Source of the DNA: an uncultured bacterium
Lineage (GTDB): Bacteria; Patescibacteriota; Patescibacteriia; UBA1558; GWA2-36-10
Length of the DNA: 55,654 nt
Reading direction: 5' to 3'
Assembly: GCA_903855135.1 (NCBI GenBank)
Contig: CAINYB010000014.1
Location: 1 to 55,654, forward strand
How positions within the stretch are numbered: the stretch's first letter is position 1; every line of letters begins with the position of its first letter. This document shows positions 1 to 10,410 of the stretch, one piece after another. A program made the translations under genes and the position numbers. The notes under the pieces were generated by a model that was not told where the DNA came from, did not search any database, and saw only the letters and a list, made by a program, of their open reading frames with translations.

Positions 1-1
1 A

Positions 2-295
2 GTGAAGACTTTAAATGATAATACAGATTGTTACAGTGGCTCTAAAGTTGGTGATTGTTTGATTTTATATAAAGGTAAGACTTATGCTACTCGTAATAAT
101 ACTTATGATGAAATTTTATTATTTGATAGTTCTGTTTATTTAGATGCTAATCAAGTTAATGAATTTTATTTTGAAAGAATATCTGGCTGGTTATCTACTA
201 CGACTGGCGAATTAACTGAACAAGCTTTAGTTTTGACTAGTAATATCGGTACACAAACCATTGTTAGCACTACGCCAGTTGGCTTAGTGTATTAA
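2..295 (+). CDS. C-terminal part of a probable pilin-like protein (5' truncated by window edge)
   Basis: Open frame from the window start, directly upstream of three prepilin-like genes; no N-terminus visible. Confidence 0.45.
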   Translation: MKTLNDNTDCYSGSKVGDCLILYKGKTYATRNNTYDEILLFDSSVYLDANQVNEFYFERISGWLSTTTGELTEQALVLTSNIGTQTIVSTTPVGLVY

Positions 296-306
296 ATTAA
301 AAATAT

Positions 307-2343
307 ATGTTTAAAATAAAAAAAATTCAAGGTTTTAGTTTAGTTGAGCTTATTGTAGCGATTGGCATTTTTAGTGTCTTGGCTTCTGGCGTGACTTATG
401 TAGTGACTAATAGTTACAGTAATTTTTACGGAGTTGGTGATAAACAAAAAATTGCTGAATTTGCTCAAGAGGGTCTAGAAGCGGCTCGTAAAATAAAAGA
501 CGATTCTTGGTCTTATTTTATCGCTAACGTCGGATCAAATAAAGGTGTATCAAAAAATGCTAGTGGTGTGTGGGAATTTTCTGGTAGCTCTAATATTTCT
601 GGTGATTTAACCAGGGTTATTTTATTATCCAATGTCAGTCGTGACAGCCAAAGTAATATTATAGAATCAGGTGGCACTGATGATCCGCTGACAAAAAAAG
701 TGACGGTCACAGTTTCCGGCACTGGCATTAGTGATTATGTCATCAGTACTTATTTAACCAATTGGGGGGATAAATACTGGACACAAACTGACTGGTCTGG
801 TGGTGTGGGTGCACAATATTGGTCTAGTAGCACTCAAGCCTATACCTCTACTACCATGGACGGCATTTCTACAGCTGGGGCTTTAAAATTACAATATACA
901 CCAGGAGCAGATACTTGGAATTGGCAAGATTTGACAGATTATGCTTCTACTACATTTACTGGCGGGGCTTATGATACAGCTATTGATGATGTTAACGGAC
1001 ATTTATACTTTACAGGTAGTTCTTCTAGTATTTACAAGTATAATATTAGTGGAATCAGAACTCCAGTTTTTTCTGCACCAACAGGTTTAACTGTTCAGGC
1101 TGGTAGAGCAGCTGCCTTAAATCCAGTTTATCCACATTTATACATCGGTGGCAACACAGGGGTTATCCAAACAGTGAGTACGAGTACTTTTTCTGTCACA
1201 AGGACTTATACACCGGCTACTAATTTAAGCTGGCTTTATTCTATAGTGGTTAATGCAGCTGGCAATCATATGTATGCGGCTGGTGCACAGGGTGCAGTAT
1301 TTAGTTTGGATATTGATTCTGCTGGTAGGTTGACTTGCGTAAATTGTACAAAATGGTGTGACTCAGTAAAATATCCTGGGTGCACGCCAAATTTAGATAT
1401 GCCACAAAAGTTTGCTAATAATGATACGATTAGTGCTATGTGGCTTGATGAAGCAAATGATAAATTATATTTTGTTAGTGATGACCCAACTTATTCTGTT
1501 CAATATCTTAGGGTTTCTAATCCAGCGAGTTTAACAGCGGGGGATTATCGTTATAGCTATTCTCCAAATGTAAGAGAGCTAAAATATTTTGGTACTAACC
1601 CTTCTGGTCAAAGGCGTTTTTTAGTGGGTTCAGATAACAATTCGTCTGGCGATGAATTTTTTATTCTTGATGACACTGGTTTAGCCTTTTCTAAAGTCGC
1701 TGGTTTGGATTTAAGCGCTAGCGCTGGTAAGGCAGTATATATAAAAGATATTGCCTATACAAATAATAACCAGGCTTTTGTGGTTGGTGCTGATTCTGAT
1801 AGTGCACCTTATGTTTGGTTGTGGGTGATTAATGGTATAACTGGCTTAGCAACCCCAAGCCTTTCAGCTGCACCTACAAACAATACTACTTATGGTAATA
1901 GTACTCTTTATTATCATCCTATGGCTTATAGCAATACTTATGGTGGTATATTTGCGGGCTGGACCTATAATGGCTCGGCTACTGCTAGAGCAACTTTTAT
2001 AGAACAACAGCTTGTTCCCGGGGTAGGTGTATATACTGCGTCTGGTAATTTAGTTTCTTCTAGCTTTGATTTAGGTTCAGCTGATAAAGATTTACATACT
2101 TTAACAGTAAATCAAAATATTCCTTCTGGCTGTAGTATTAATATTACTTTTTCCGCTGCTGATAATAGCTCTTTTACAGGAGCTACGACTCAAGTATTTA
2201 CTAGTACAGCCTCTACTTATACTACAGCTTTTAATACTAATATGAGTGGCCAAAGATGGCTTAAGTACCAAGTAGATATGGTTAATTGCAATAGTAACAC
2301 AGAAACACCGACACTCTATGATTTGAAATTAAGTTATCGTTAA
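307..2343 (+). CDS. Type IV prepilin-like protein with large beta-rich C-terminal (adhesin/propeller-like) region
   Basis: Class III signal peptide QG|FSLVELIVAIGIF; S/T/G-rich beta-type body. Confidence 0.85.
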   Translation: MFKIKKIQGFSLVELIVAIGIFSVLASGVTYVVTNSYSNFYGVGDKQKIAEFAQEGLEAARKIKDDSWSYFIANVGSNKGVSKNASGVWEFSGSSNISGDLTRVILLSNVSRDSQSNIIESGGTDDPLTKKVTVTVSGTGISDYVISTYLTNWGDKYWTQTDWSGGVGAQYWSSSTQAYTSTTMDGISTAGALKLQYTPGADTWNWQDLTDYASTTFTGGAYDTAIDDVNGHLYFTGSSSSIYKYNISGIRTPVFSAPTGLTVQAGRAAALNPVYPHLYIGGNTGVIQTVSTSTFSVTRTYTPATNLSWLYSIVVNAAGNHMYAAGAQGAVFSLDIDSAGRLTCVNCTKWCDSVKYPGCTPNLDMPQKFANNDTISAMWLDEANDKLYFVSDDPTYSVQYLRVSNPASLTAGDYRYSYSPNVRELKYFGTNPSGQRRFLVGSDNNSSGDEFFILDDTGLAFSKVAGLDLSASAGKAVYIKDIAYTNNNQAFVVGADSDSAPYVWLWVINGITGLATPSLSAAPTNNTTYGNSTLYYHPMAYSNTYGGIFAGWTYNGSATARATFIEQQLVPGVGVYTASGNLVSSSFDLGSADKDLHTLTVNQNIPSGCSINITFSAADNSSFTGATTQVFTSTASTYTTAFNTNMSGQRWLKYQVDMVNCNSNTETPTLYDLKLSYR

Positions 2344-3630
2344 ATGTTAATAAAAAAACAAAGACAGAAATTAGCAGGTTTTTCTTTAGTAGAGACAATT
2401 ATCTATTTAGCGATTGTTGGTATTTTGTTAGTGGCAGTTTTAAATTTTCATTTTTCTTTATCAGGTACGAGCGCGAAATTATGGGCTAAAATTAATGTCT
2501 CTGAAAATCGTCGCTTTGTTTTGCAAACCATTGATTATTTAGCTCGTAATGCCACTGGTTTATTAAAAGATGTGAATGGTGACTGCACAACTTCTAGCAC
2601 TTTAGCTTTTTATTTTGATGATGATACTTATCTACCTGGTACTTGTGTCAGTTCTGGCGGAGGAGTGAAAATTACCAGTGAGAGTAATAGAGTAAAATTA
2701 ACTTGCTATTCAAATATTACGAATAATGGACAATATAATGCTTGTGATGCTACAGCTGGTAATAGCTATTGGCTTAGCTCGCCAGATGTTAGTTTATCTG
2801 GCCAAGGTTTATTTTTTGCAACAACGACTGCTACTTCTACTGCTGGCACGATGATGAATATAGAGGCTAATTTGACATTAATAAATATTTCGAATAATCA
2901 AACTGAATTATTAGCTACTTCCACTGCTACTTCGACTATTACTTTAAAAAATCAACAGCCAGATGCTCTAGTTGCTTGGTGGCGATTAAATGACATTGGC
3001 GACGCTGCTACAGACAGTAAAAATAATTATGATGCTAGCACTTGTCGTGGTTTATCCAGTCAGCAAACTGCTCTAGTAAACTCGTCTGTTTATGCGGTAG
3101 ATTTTGAAAATGATGATGGTGCGAATTGTGCTATTGATGATGCAGACGGCTTAAATGTTTCTGGACAGTTTACTTTGAGTGCTTGGGTCAAGCCAGAATC
3201 TTTTGTCGCCGGAAACTATGATTATATTATTGCTAAACATGATCCTACTACCGCTCATCAAGGTTATGCTATGTGGATCAGAAATAATAATTTATCTTGT
3301 GGTATTTGTGATAACTCTTCTTGTGTGGAAAAAACAGAAACAATGGCACCTTTAGCTACTACTCATACCTATCATTTGGCTTGTACTTATAATCCAGATA
3401 CTGATCAAATGAAGCTTTATGTTTTTGAAGAAGGCATAGGAGGAGTAGGCACCACAACTAGCGCGATCACAGAAAATTTAGTTAATTATGATGGTGCTTT
3501 ATATTTAGGTGCCAATTCTGAGGGCATTTCATATTTTGACGGTGTTATTGATGAAGTAAGGCTTTATAGTCGAGCTTTATTAGATCAAGAGATTTGGGCC
3601 CTGCAATCACAAGGTGCAACTGCAAATTAA
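2344..3630 (+). CDS. Type IV prepilin-like protein with C-terminal LamG/concanavalin A-like domain
   Basis: AG|FSLVETIIYLAI; LVAWWRLND, FTLSAWVKP, FDGVIDEVRLYSRAL. Confidence 0.85.
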   Translation: MLIKKQRQKLAGFSLVETIIYLAIVGILLVAVLNFHFSLSGTSAKLWAKINVSENRRFVLQTIDYLARNATGLLKDVNGDCTTSSTLAFYFDDDTYLPGTCVSSGGGVKITSESNRVKLTCYSNITNNGQYNACDATAGNSYWLSSPDVSLSGQGLFFATTTATSTAGTMMNIEANLTLINISNNQTELLATSTATSTITLKNQQPDALVAWWRLNDIGDAATDSKNNYDASTCRGLSSQQTALVNSSVYAVDFENDDGANCAIDDADGLNVSGQFTLSAWVKPESFVAGNYDYIIAKHDPTTAHQGYAMWIRNNNLSCGICDNSSCVEKTETMAPLATTHTYHLACTYNPDTDQMKLYVFEEGIGGVGTTTSAITENLVNYDGALYLGANSEGISYFDGVIDEVRLYSRALLDQEIWALQSQGATAN

Positions 3631-3633
3631 TTT

Positions 3634-5079
3634 ATGTTAAGAAAAATTTTACAATCTCAAGGTAGTATTGCTTTAATTCTAGTAATTATGATTACTAGTT
3701 TGACTTTGGTTTCTGCTGTGGCTTTGACCCTGGTAAATGTTTCGGAAAGAATGGCTAACTATCAGCTAGAAGAAAACGAAGATGTTTTAAATCAAAAACA
3801 AGCCTGTTTAGATGATGCTTTAGCGAGAATTAGTGCGAATAATTATGCGACCGGCACTTATGCTTTAGATCTTACGAATGTGCATTGTTATTACCAGATT
3901 TCTGAAACTGCCACAGGATTAAAAACTGTCACCACCACCGCCTCTAGTCTTTCTAGTGTTGGTGCTTGGAGCCAAAGCTTAAGGGCAATTGTGAATGTTT
4001 CTAGTACGCCCATTAGTATTAGCTCTTATCAAGATATTGTTGGTCCGACTTGGAATAACTCTGCTTGGTATCAAAGAATTAGAATTTCTGTCCAGCCAAA
4101 TAAAGTAGCTGGCGATTTATATAATTTTCCAGTTTATGTTAACTTAGCTGACTTGGGAGTAAATTTTTTTGATAATGTCCAAAGCGATGGTGGAGATATT
4201 GTCGTGACTCTAGGAGACGGTACTACCAAATTATTACGTGAATTAGTAGCGATTGACACTGGAGTCGCTGATACAGGCGAATTACATTTTTTAGCACCAT
4301 ATTTAAGCTCTTCTGTTGCTACTGATTTTTACATTTATTTTGCTAATGCCGTGGCTAATGAAACTAATGATGAGGGTATTTGGTCAAATTATCAAATGGT
4401 GCAACATCTCACTCAAAATCCAGCCGGCACTGCTCCTCAGATGCTTGATTCCACAATTAATAGTAAAGACGGAACATCGGGTGGTACTATGACTAGTGGT
4501 GATTTGGTGGACGGTAAAATGGGCAAGGCCTTGGATTTTGATGGCGTTGATGATTATGTTGTTGTGCCTTACTCTATGACGCAAACGCAGGCTACTTTTA
4601 GCACCTGGTTTTATCCACGTCAGTATGGTGGCGCTATTTGGCAAGAATTTCGGGGTCCGATGGGGCGTGATTTAAGCTGGCGCATTTATAATTTTACTTC
4701 CAGTGCCATTTATTTGGTCGTGTATAATGGCACGACTAATGTTGGTGGTAATACTGATGCTGGTGAGACGCCAGCTTTAGACGCCTGGTCGCAATTAACT
4801 TGGACTTTTGACGGTGTTAATAAAGTAGTTAAGATTTATCTAAATGGTGTATTAGTTAAGACATTAGAAAGCAGTTCTTTTCCTTCGCATTTGTATAATT
4901 ATGATAATACGATGTTTATCGGTCTAGGTGATCACACTGGGTATTATGAAATGGATGGCTTAAGTGACGAAGTTCGTTTTTCTGATAAATTAAGAGACAA
5001 CAGTTGGATAGCCACTGAATATAATAATCAATCAAGTGCTAGTACTTTTTATAGCACAAGTACTATAGAAGTGTTATAA
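3634..5079 (+). CDS. PilX-like minor pilin with DUF2341-like and LamG domains
   Basis: QG|SIALILVIMI N-terminus without E5; NFPVYVNL..DGGDI, DFYIYF; ALDFDGVDDYV, DEVRFS. Confidence 0.75.
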   Translation: MLRKILQSQGSIALILVIMITSLTLVSAVALTLVNVSERMANYQLEENEDVLNQKQACLDDALARISANNYATGTYALDLTNVHCYYQISETATGLKTVTTTASSLSSVGAWSQSLRAIVNVSSTPISISSYQDIVGPTWNNSAWYQRIRISVQPNKVAGDLYNFPVYVNLADLGVNFFDNVQSDGGDIVVTLGDGTTKLLRELVAIDTGVADTGELHFLAPYLSSSVATDFYIYFANAVANETNDEGIWSNYQMVQHLTQNPAGTAPQMLDSTINSKDGTSGGTMTSGDLVDGKMGKALDFDGVDDYVVVPYSMTQTQATFSTWFYPRQYGGAIWQEFRGPMGRDLSWRIYNFTSSAIYLVVYNGTTNVGGNTDAGETPALDAWSQLTWTFDGVNKVVKIYLNGVLVKTLESSSFPSHLYNYDNTMFIGLGDHTGYYEMDGLSDEVRFSDKLRDNSWIATEYNNQSSASTFYSTSTIEVL

Positions 5080-5086
5080 TGAACTT

Positions 5087-6826
5087 ATGTTTTTACGCAG
5101 TATCAACAATTTAACTTCCGAGCAAGTGATTGGTCTAGATATTTCTGATGCTTCCATGGAAGCAGTGATTTTGGAGCCCAAAAAAAAAGCTTGGCAAGTA
5201 TATTCTTATGCACGTTTTCGTTTGTCTCCTGGAGTGATAGAAAACGGTGAAATTTTACAGCCAGACAAGCTCAAAGAAGATTTGAAAAAAATGTTTACTT
5301 TGGGCAAGCCACATGCTATGCGCTCCAGTAGTGTATTATTATCTTTGCCGGACGCTAGAGTTTTTACTAGACTTTTGTCTTTACCAAAAAATTTAAGCAA
5401 AAAAGATTTGATTTTAGCAGCTCATAATAAAGCCGCTGAATATATTCCTGAAGATAAAGAGAATTTATTAGCCACTTTAAAAATTTTGGTTCCGCAAAAT
5501 GGTCAAAATGAAGTTTTTTATGCCGCTGCTCCCAAGGGTTTAGTGATGGAGTGGGTAAAATTACTTGAAGATTTGGGTCTAGATATTATTGGCTTTACTT
5601 TAGAGTCTATCAGTTCTTTTGCTGGTCTAGAGGATGCTTTAAAAAAAGAAGAGACATTATTATTAGATATTGGTGCGCGTCATACTAATGCTGTTATTTT
5701 TGATCATGAGGGCATTAGAGACTCGATCAATATCCCTATTGCGGGCAATCGTATTACTCATGCAATCTCAGAAAAATTAAATATTTCTCACACGCTAGCT
5801 GAAGACAAGAAAAAGAATATTGGCATGGATCCTGGCGTTGATCAAGGTCAAGTGATGTGGGTGATTCAGGGACAGATGCAGTCAGTGTCTGATGAATTAA
5901 AAAAATTCGTTAATTTTTATGAAGAATCACATGGTCGCCAAGTGAAAAAAATGATTTTAATCGGTGGTAGTGCACAGATGAAGGGTTTAGGAGATTATTT
6001 TGCGGGTAATTTAAATTTACCGCTTTTGCCAATGGCTAGTATTGTGCCAGCTAAGTTTTTACCAAAATATTTAGAGTCAGCTAAATATATCAATGCTTTT
6101 GGTTTAGCTAAATTATCTTTTGCTAAAAATTTAGATATTAGTTTTTATCAAACTGAAAGAGTGGATTTACAACAACGTGTCACTTGGAATAATTTTAATC
6201 TTTGGTTTAAAGTAATTATCAAAAATATAGCCTTTGCTTTTAGCTTATTAAAAAAATGGTATATTAGTGTACCTTTGGTTTTGTTGATTTTAGGTGGGGT
6301 ATTTTTTTGGCAACAAGATAATATTTTGAATCTTGGTAAAACTAGTAATCAGATTTTGAGCCAAGATATTGTCGTGAGTACAGAAAATTTAAATCAAGCT
6401 AATTTTATTCCTGCTCAAGAAAAAAAAGTAAACATTTTTCTCAAAATCAACACTACTGGTTTGGATTATTTAGCAGCTGAGCAAAGCATTAAACAACAAG
6501 CTATTACTAAGGCTATTGGTCAAGCGAGCCTTAACTTAGCAGCTAATAATTTTTTGATAGAAGAACCAGTAAAAATAAATATTGTTAATTTATCACCCAT
6601 TCAAACTGCATTTAAAACAGGAGATAGTTTGCAGATTTTGGCAGAGTATACTTTTTTATATTTTGATACTACTCCAGTGAAAAATATTTTATTAAGTAGT
6701 TTAGCTAGCAAAAAAGCTGCTAAAATTAGCCAAATGTCTATGCAGGATTTAGCGTTTGATAATGTCATTGTTGATCAGGCTAGTTCTAATGTGAGCTTAA
6801 AAGTAAGCGCAAGTTTTGTAAAATAG
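5087..6826 (+). CDS. pilM: Type IV pilus assembly protein PilM with C-terminal TM and extracytoplasmic extension
   Basis: IGLDISD, LLDIGA, LIGGSA actin-like ATPase motifs; hydrophobic stretch WYISVPLVLLILGGVFFW. Confidence 0.8.
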   Translation: MFLRSINNLTSEQVIGLDISDASMEAVILEPKKKAWQVYSYARFRLSPGVIENGEILQPDKLKEDLKKMFTLGKPHAMRSSSVLLSLPDARVFTRLLSLPKNLSKKDLILAAHNKAAEYIPEDKENLLATLKILVPQNGQNEVFYAAAPKGLVMEWVKLLEDLGLDIIGFTLESISSFAGLEDALKKEETLLLDIGARHTNAVIFDHEGIRDSINIPIAGNRITHAISEKLNISHTLAEDKKKNIGMDPGVDQGQVMWVIQGQMQSVSDELKKFVNFYEESHGRQVKKMILIGGSAQMKGLGDYFAGNLNLPLLPMASIVPAKFLPKYLESAKYINAFGLAKLSFAKNLDISFYQTERVDLQQRVTWNNFNLWFKVIIKNIAFAFSLLKKWYISVPLVLLILGGVFFWQQDNILNLGKTSNQILSQDIVVSTENLNQANFIPAQEKKVNIFLKINTTGLDYLAAEQSIKQQAITKAIGQASLNLAANNFLIEEPVKINIVNLSPIQTAFKTGDSLQILAEYTFLYFDTTPVKNILLSSLASKKAAKISQMSMQDLAFDNVIVDQASSNVSLKVSASFVK

Positions 6827-6921
6827 TTTTTGTTATTGGCAGAACTTTAAAAAAATGGTATACTATAAATATATTTAAATAGAAGCTCCTTGAAGCTCTC
6901 TTTAATTGGTTAATAAAAAAT

Positions 6922-7419
6922 ATGAAAAAATTTTTTAATCTCAAAGGTTTCACTTTGATCGAGTTGATCATCGTGATTGCGGTGATCGCTTTATTAGCGG
7001 CCGCAACATTTGTTGCTGTTGATCCGGCCAAGCGTATCGGTATGGCACGTGATACGCAACGTTGGGCTGATGTGACTGCTATAGCAGATGCTATTACGCA
7101 ATATGTAGCAGATAATGCTGGCACTTATCCTACTTCAACTGCTGTAGCAGGGACTTATTATGTTGTAATGGCCTCTAGTACAGTTGGTCTCTCTGGTTCA
7201 ACTTGCCAAAACGTATCAGAGGATTCTAATATGGGTGTACAGTTAGATTCGAGGTTAATACCAACTTATTTGCCTACAATGCCAGTTGATCCTAATGGTG
7301 TAGCGGATTCTGGTAAAAACACAGGCTATTATTTTATGAAAAATGCAGCCGGACGTACTATTATCGGTGCTTGCAAGGAAAGTGATTATGCCACTGCTTC
7401 TATTAAAGTGCAAAGATAA
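6922..7419 (+). CDS. Type IV major pilin-like protein
   Basis: KG|FTLIELIIVIAVIALLAA; YLPTMPVDP motif; Cys pair. Confidence 0.9.
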   Translation: MKKFFNLKGFTLIELIIVIAVIALLAAATFVAVDPAKRIGMARDTQRWADVTAIADAITQYVADNAGTYPTSTAVAGTYYVVMASSTVGLSGSTCQNVSEDSNMGVQLDSRLIPTYLPTMPVDPNGVADSGKNTGYYFMKNAAGRTIIGACKESDYATASIKVQR

Positions 7420-7433
7420 AAATTATCTAACTT

Positions 7434-7943
7434 ATGAAAAGAAATTTTAACATCAAAGGTTTCACTTTGATTGAATTAATTGTTGTTGTAGCTATTATTA
7501 GTCTTTTGGCTGCTTCAGCATTTGTGGCTATTAATCCTGGTAAAAGAGTCGGTAACGCTTCAGATGCTAAAAGATGGTCAGATGTGACGGCGATTGCTGA
7601 TGCTATTTCTCATTATGCCGTAGATTATAACGGTGCTTTGCCTAGTGCAGTTAGTTCTGCTGCTGCTGGCACTACTTATTTGATTGCTGTTGCTGGAGAT
7701 GTGAGCGGTTCAACAAAACACTGTGATTCTTTAGACTCACCCCCTTATGCTAAAAGAGATATCTCTTCTGGTATTATACCAACATATATGCCTACAATGC
7801 CGATTGATCCAGATGTTACAACAAATCTTGCTAATACTAGTAGTACCTCTTATTATATAGTTAAAGATTCGGCTGGGCGCATTAAAATTGGAGCCTGCAA
7901 TGAAAGCGATTATGCCACGGTTTCAATTGTTGTGCAACGTTAA
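7434..7943 (+). CDS. Type IV major pilin-like protein (paralog of the upstream gene)
   Basis: KG|FTLIELIVVVAIISLLAA; YMPTMPIDP; GACNESDYA C-terminus shared with the upstream pilin. Confidence 0.9.
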   Translation: MKRNFNIKGFTLIELIVVVAIISLLAASAFVAINPGKRVGNASDAKRWSDVTAIADAISHYAVDYNGALPSAVSSAAAGTTYLIAVAGDVSGSTKHCDSLDSPPYAKRDISSGIIPTYMPTMPIDPDVTTNLANTSSTSYYIVKDSAGRIKIGACNESDYATVSIVVQR

Positions 7944-7960
7944 ATTAAGTTAAATTGAAT

Positions 7961-7995
7961 AAAAAGTCATCTTTTAGGGGTGGCTTTTTTGTTTG
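7961..7995 (+). terminator. Intrinsic terminator after the pilin cluster
   Basis: AAAAGTCATC..GGTGGCTTTT stem followed by T tract. Confidence 0.7.
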
Positions 7996-8046
7996 TTTTG
8001 GGTTATAATGGGCTTATATTATAATATTTTAATCATTGTAAATCTT

Positions 8047-9696
8047 ATGTCCAAAAAGAAATGGTATATTTTAGGAGGAGTCATTTTGCTGGTTTTGTTA
8101 GTTTTACCTCAATTTTTTAAGAAAAAAGTACCAACTTATACTACTGCCAAGGCAGCGGAACAGACTATCAAGCAAACAGTTGAAGTCACTGGTCAAGTAG
8201 AATCAGCCGATGATATTCAGTTGAATTTTAAAAATAGTGGTTTAGTGCGTGCAGTTAATGTCAAGGTGGGTGATAAAGTAAAGTCTGGTCAATTGCTAGC
8301 TGCTTTAAGAGCGGATAATGTTGGTGCGCAAATAGCAGATGCTCAAGCAGCTGTAGATATTGCTCAAAGTGAATTAGATAAATTATTAGCCGGTGCAAGC
8401 TCAGCTGATCTAAATATTACTCAAGAAGAAGTAAACAGTGCCAATTTAGCTTATCAGGCTGCTTTGACTGATTTAGTAGAGTTAGAAAGTACCAGAGATA
8501 GAGAATTAGCTAATTTAAAAGCAATAGCCATAAATTCCATTAATGAAAAGGTAAGCGTGGCTCAATATGCTTTAGACGTAGTTGAGGATGCTATTATTGA
8601 TAGTGATGCTGATTATTATTTGTACGTTTTTAATCAGACTACTTTTTCGACAGCCAAGGTAAATTACGCGATTGCTAAAAATAGTTTAGATAATTTTTAT
8701 GTGGTTTTAGGTAATAATCTAGATTTAAATAGTCAAGAAGTTTTATTGGCTACTTTAGATAACTTAGACAATGTTTTGAACCAGACCTTAGTTAGCGTCA
8801 ATACTGCTTTTGACACTATGTTAGTTACTATTGAAAATAGTAACTATACAAGCACTGTTATTTCTGGTTTTAAGACAAGTTTAAACACTCAGAGCACATC
8901 TTTAAGCTCTGCCATTTCTGCTGTGCAGACAGCTTCAGCGAATTTACGCACCAAAGATTTGTATTATCAAAATCAAATCGTCAGTTCGAATAATAGTATA
9001 CAAGCAGCTCAAAAAAATTTAGATTTAGCTAAGGCAAAACTTGCTTACAAAAAAGAGCCACCAAGAGATTTTCAGATTAGCGCTGCTCAGGCTAACGTCA
9101 GACGAGCGCAAGCAAATTTGAATCGCTATTATAGTGAGTTAGGCGATTCGATGATTAAAGCACCAGTAGATGGCACGGTGACAAAAGTCAATGTTGATCC
9201 GGGGGAAATTAGTTCCATGACCAATTTTGCTATTTCCATGATCGGTGTCAGTAATTTACAAATCGAAGTTGATGTGCCAGAATCTGACATTACTAAATTG
9301 GCCATTAATGATCCAGTGGAAATTACTTTAGATGCTTTTTCTAGTACCCAAAAATTTGCTGGTGTAGTGAGTTTTATTGACCCAGCAGCCACAGTGATTA
9401 ATGAAGTGATTTATTATAAAGTCAAAGTTTCTCTCAATGAACAAAATGAATTGATCAAATCAGGTATGACCGCTGACTTGTCTATTTTGGCTGAACAAAA
9501 AGATAAAGCTTTGGTTATCCCAGCTAGAGCAGTTGTATATAAAAATGATAAAGCTTATGTACAAGTTTTAGTAAATAATCAGCCACAAGAAAAGGAAGCA
9601 GAGGTTGGTCTAAAAGGTGATGATAGTTTAGTAGAGATTTTAAGTGGTTTACAAATAGGTGAAGAAGTAATTACTTTTACTACACCAGCAAAATAA
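8047..9696 (+). CDS. MacA/HlyD-like periplasmic adaptor subunit
   Basis: N-terminal TM; VKVGDKVKSGQLLA and IKAPVDGTV lipoyl half-motifs; long coiled coil; ATG 8047 preferred over TTG 7993. Confidence 0.9.
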   Translation: MSKKKWYILGGVILLVLLVLPQFFKKKVPTYTTAKAAEQTIKQTVEVTGQVESADDIQLNFKNSGLVRAVNVKVGDKVKSGQLLAALRADNVGAQIADAQAAVDIAQSELDKLLAGASSADLNITQEEVNSANLAYQAALTDLVELESTRDRELANLKAIAINSINEKVSVAQYALDVVEDAIIDSDADYYLYVFNQTTFSTAKVNYAIAKNSLDNFYVVLGNNLDLNSQEVLLATLDNLDNVLNQTLVSVNTAFDTMLVTIENSNYTSTVISGFKTSLNTQSTSLSSAISAVQTASANLRTKDLYYQNQIVSSNNSIQAAQKNLDLAKAKLAYKKEPPRDFQISAAQANVRRAQANLNRYYSELGDSMIKAPVDGTVTKVNVDPGEISSMTNFAISMIGVSNLQIEVDVPESDITKLAINDPVEITLDAFSSTQKFAGVVSFIDPAATVINEVIYYKVKVSLNEQNELIKSGMTADLSILAEQKDKALVIPARAVVYKNDKAYVQVLVNNQPQEKEAEVGLKGDDSLVEILSGLQIGEEVITFTTPAK

Positions 9697-9700
9697 AAAA

Positions 9701-10408
9701 ATGATCGAGCTAAAAAATGTTAATAAAGAATTTACCAATGGTGATAACACGACCATTGTCTTGCAAGATGTAAATTTTGTCATAGAGAGAGGTGAATTTG
9801 TGTCTATCATGGGTCCCTCTGGATCTGGTAAGTCTACTTTGATGCATATTTTGGGTTTCTTAGATACTTTAAGCACCGGTAAATATTTGTTTTTTGATAA
9901 AGATGTGAGCAAGCTATCAGAGGATGAGCTAGCAGTTTTGCGTAATAAAAGTGTGGGCTTTGTTTTTCAAAATTTTAATTTATTACCAAAAACTACGGTT
10001 TGGGAAAACGTGCGTTTGCCTTTACTGTATGCCGATAATAAACCAAACTTTGCCATCGTTGATCAAATGATTGAAAGTGTTGGCTTAGCACATCGTCGTA
10101 ATTATTTTTCTAATCAGTTATCTGGCGGAGAAAAACAGCGCGTCGCTATTGCTCGGGCTTTGGTGAATGCGCCAGACATTATTTTTGCTGATGAGCCGAC
10201 TGGTAATCTTGACTCAAAGTCAGGTTTGCAAGTGATGTCTATTTTGCAAAATTTAAACAACGAAGGTAAAACTATTATTTTGGTGACTCATGAAATCAAT
10301 ACCGCTGAGCATGCAAAACGCATTATTAAAATAAGAGATGGCAGAATTGTCGAAGATACAGATAAATTTGAGCGTAAATTAGCTGACAATTTGAAAGATC
10401 TAAAATAA
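9701..10408 (+). CDS. ABC transporter ATP-binding protein (MacB/LolD-like)
   Basis: [38 protein letters not shown]. Confidence 0.95.
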   Translation: MIELKNVNKEFTNGDNTTIVLQDVNFVIERGEFVSIMGPSGSGKSTLMHILGFLDTLSTGKYLFFDKDVSKLSEDELAVLRNKSVGFVFQNFNLLPKTTVWENVRLPLLYADNKPNFAIVDQMIESVGLAHRRNYFSNQLSGGEKQRVAIARALVNAPDIIFADEPTGNLDSKSGLQVMSILQNLNNEGKTIILVTHEINTAEHAKRIIKIRDGRIVEDTDKFERKLADNLKDLK

Positions 10409-10410
10409 AA

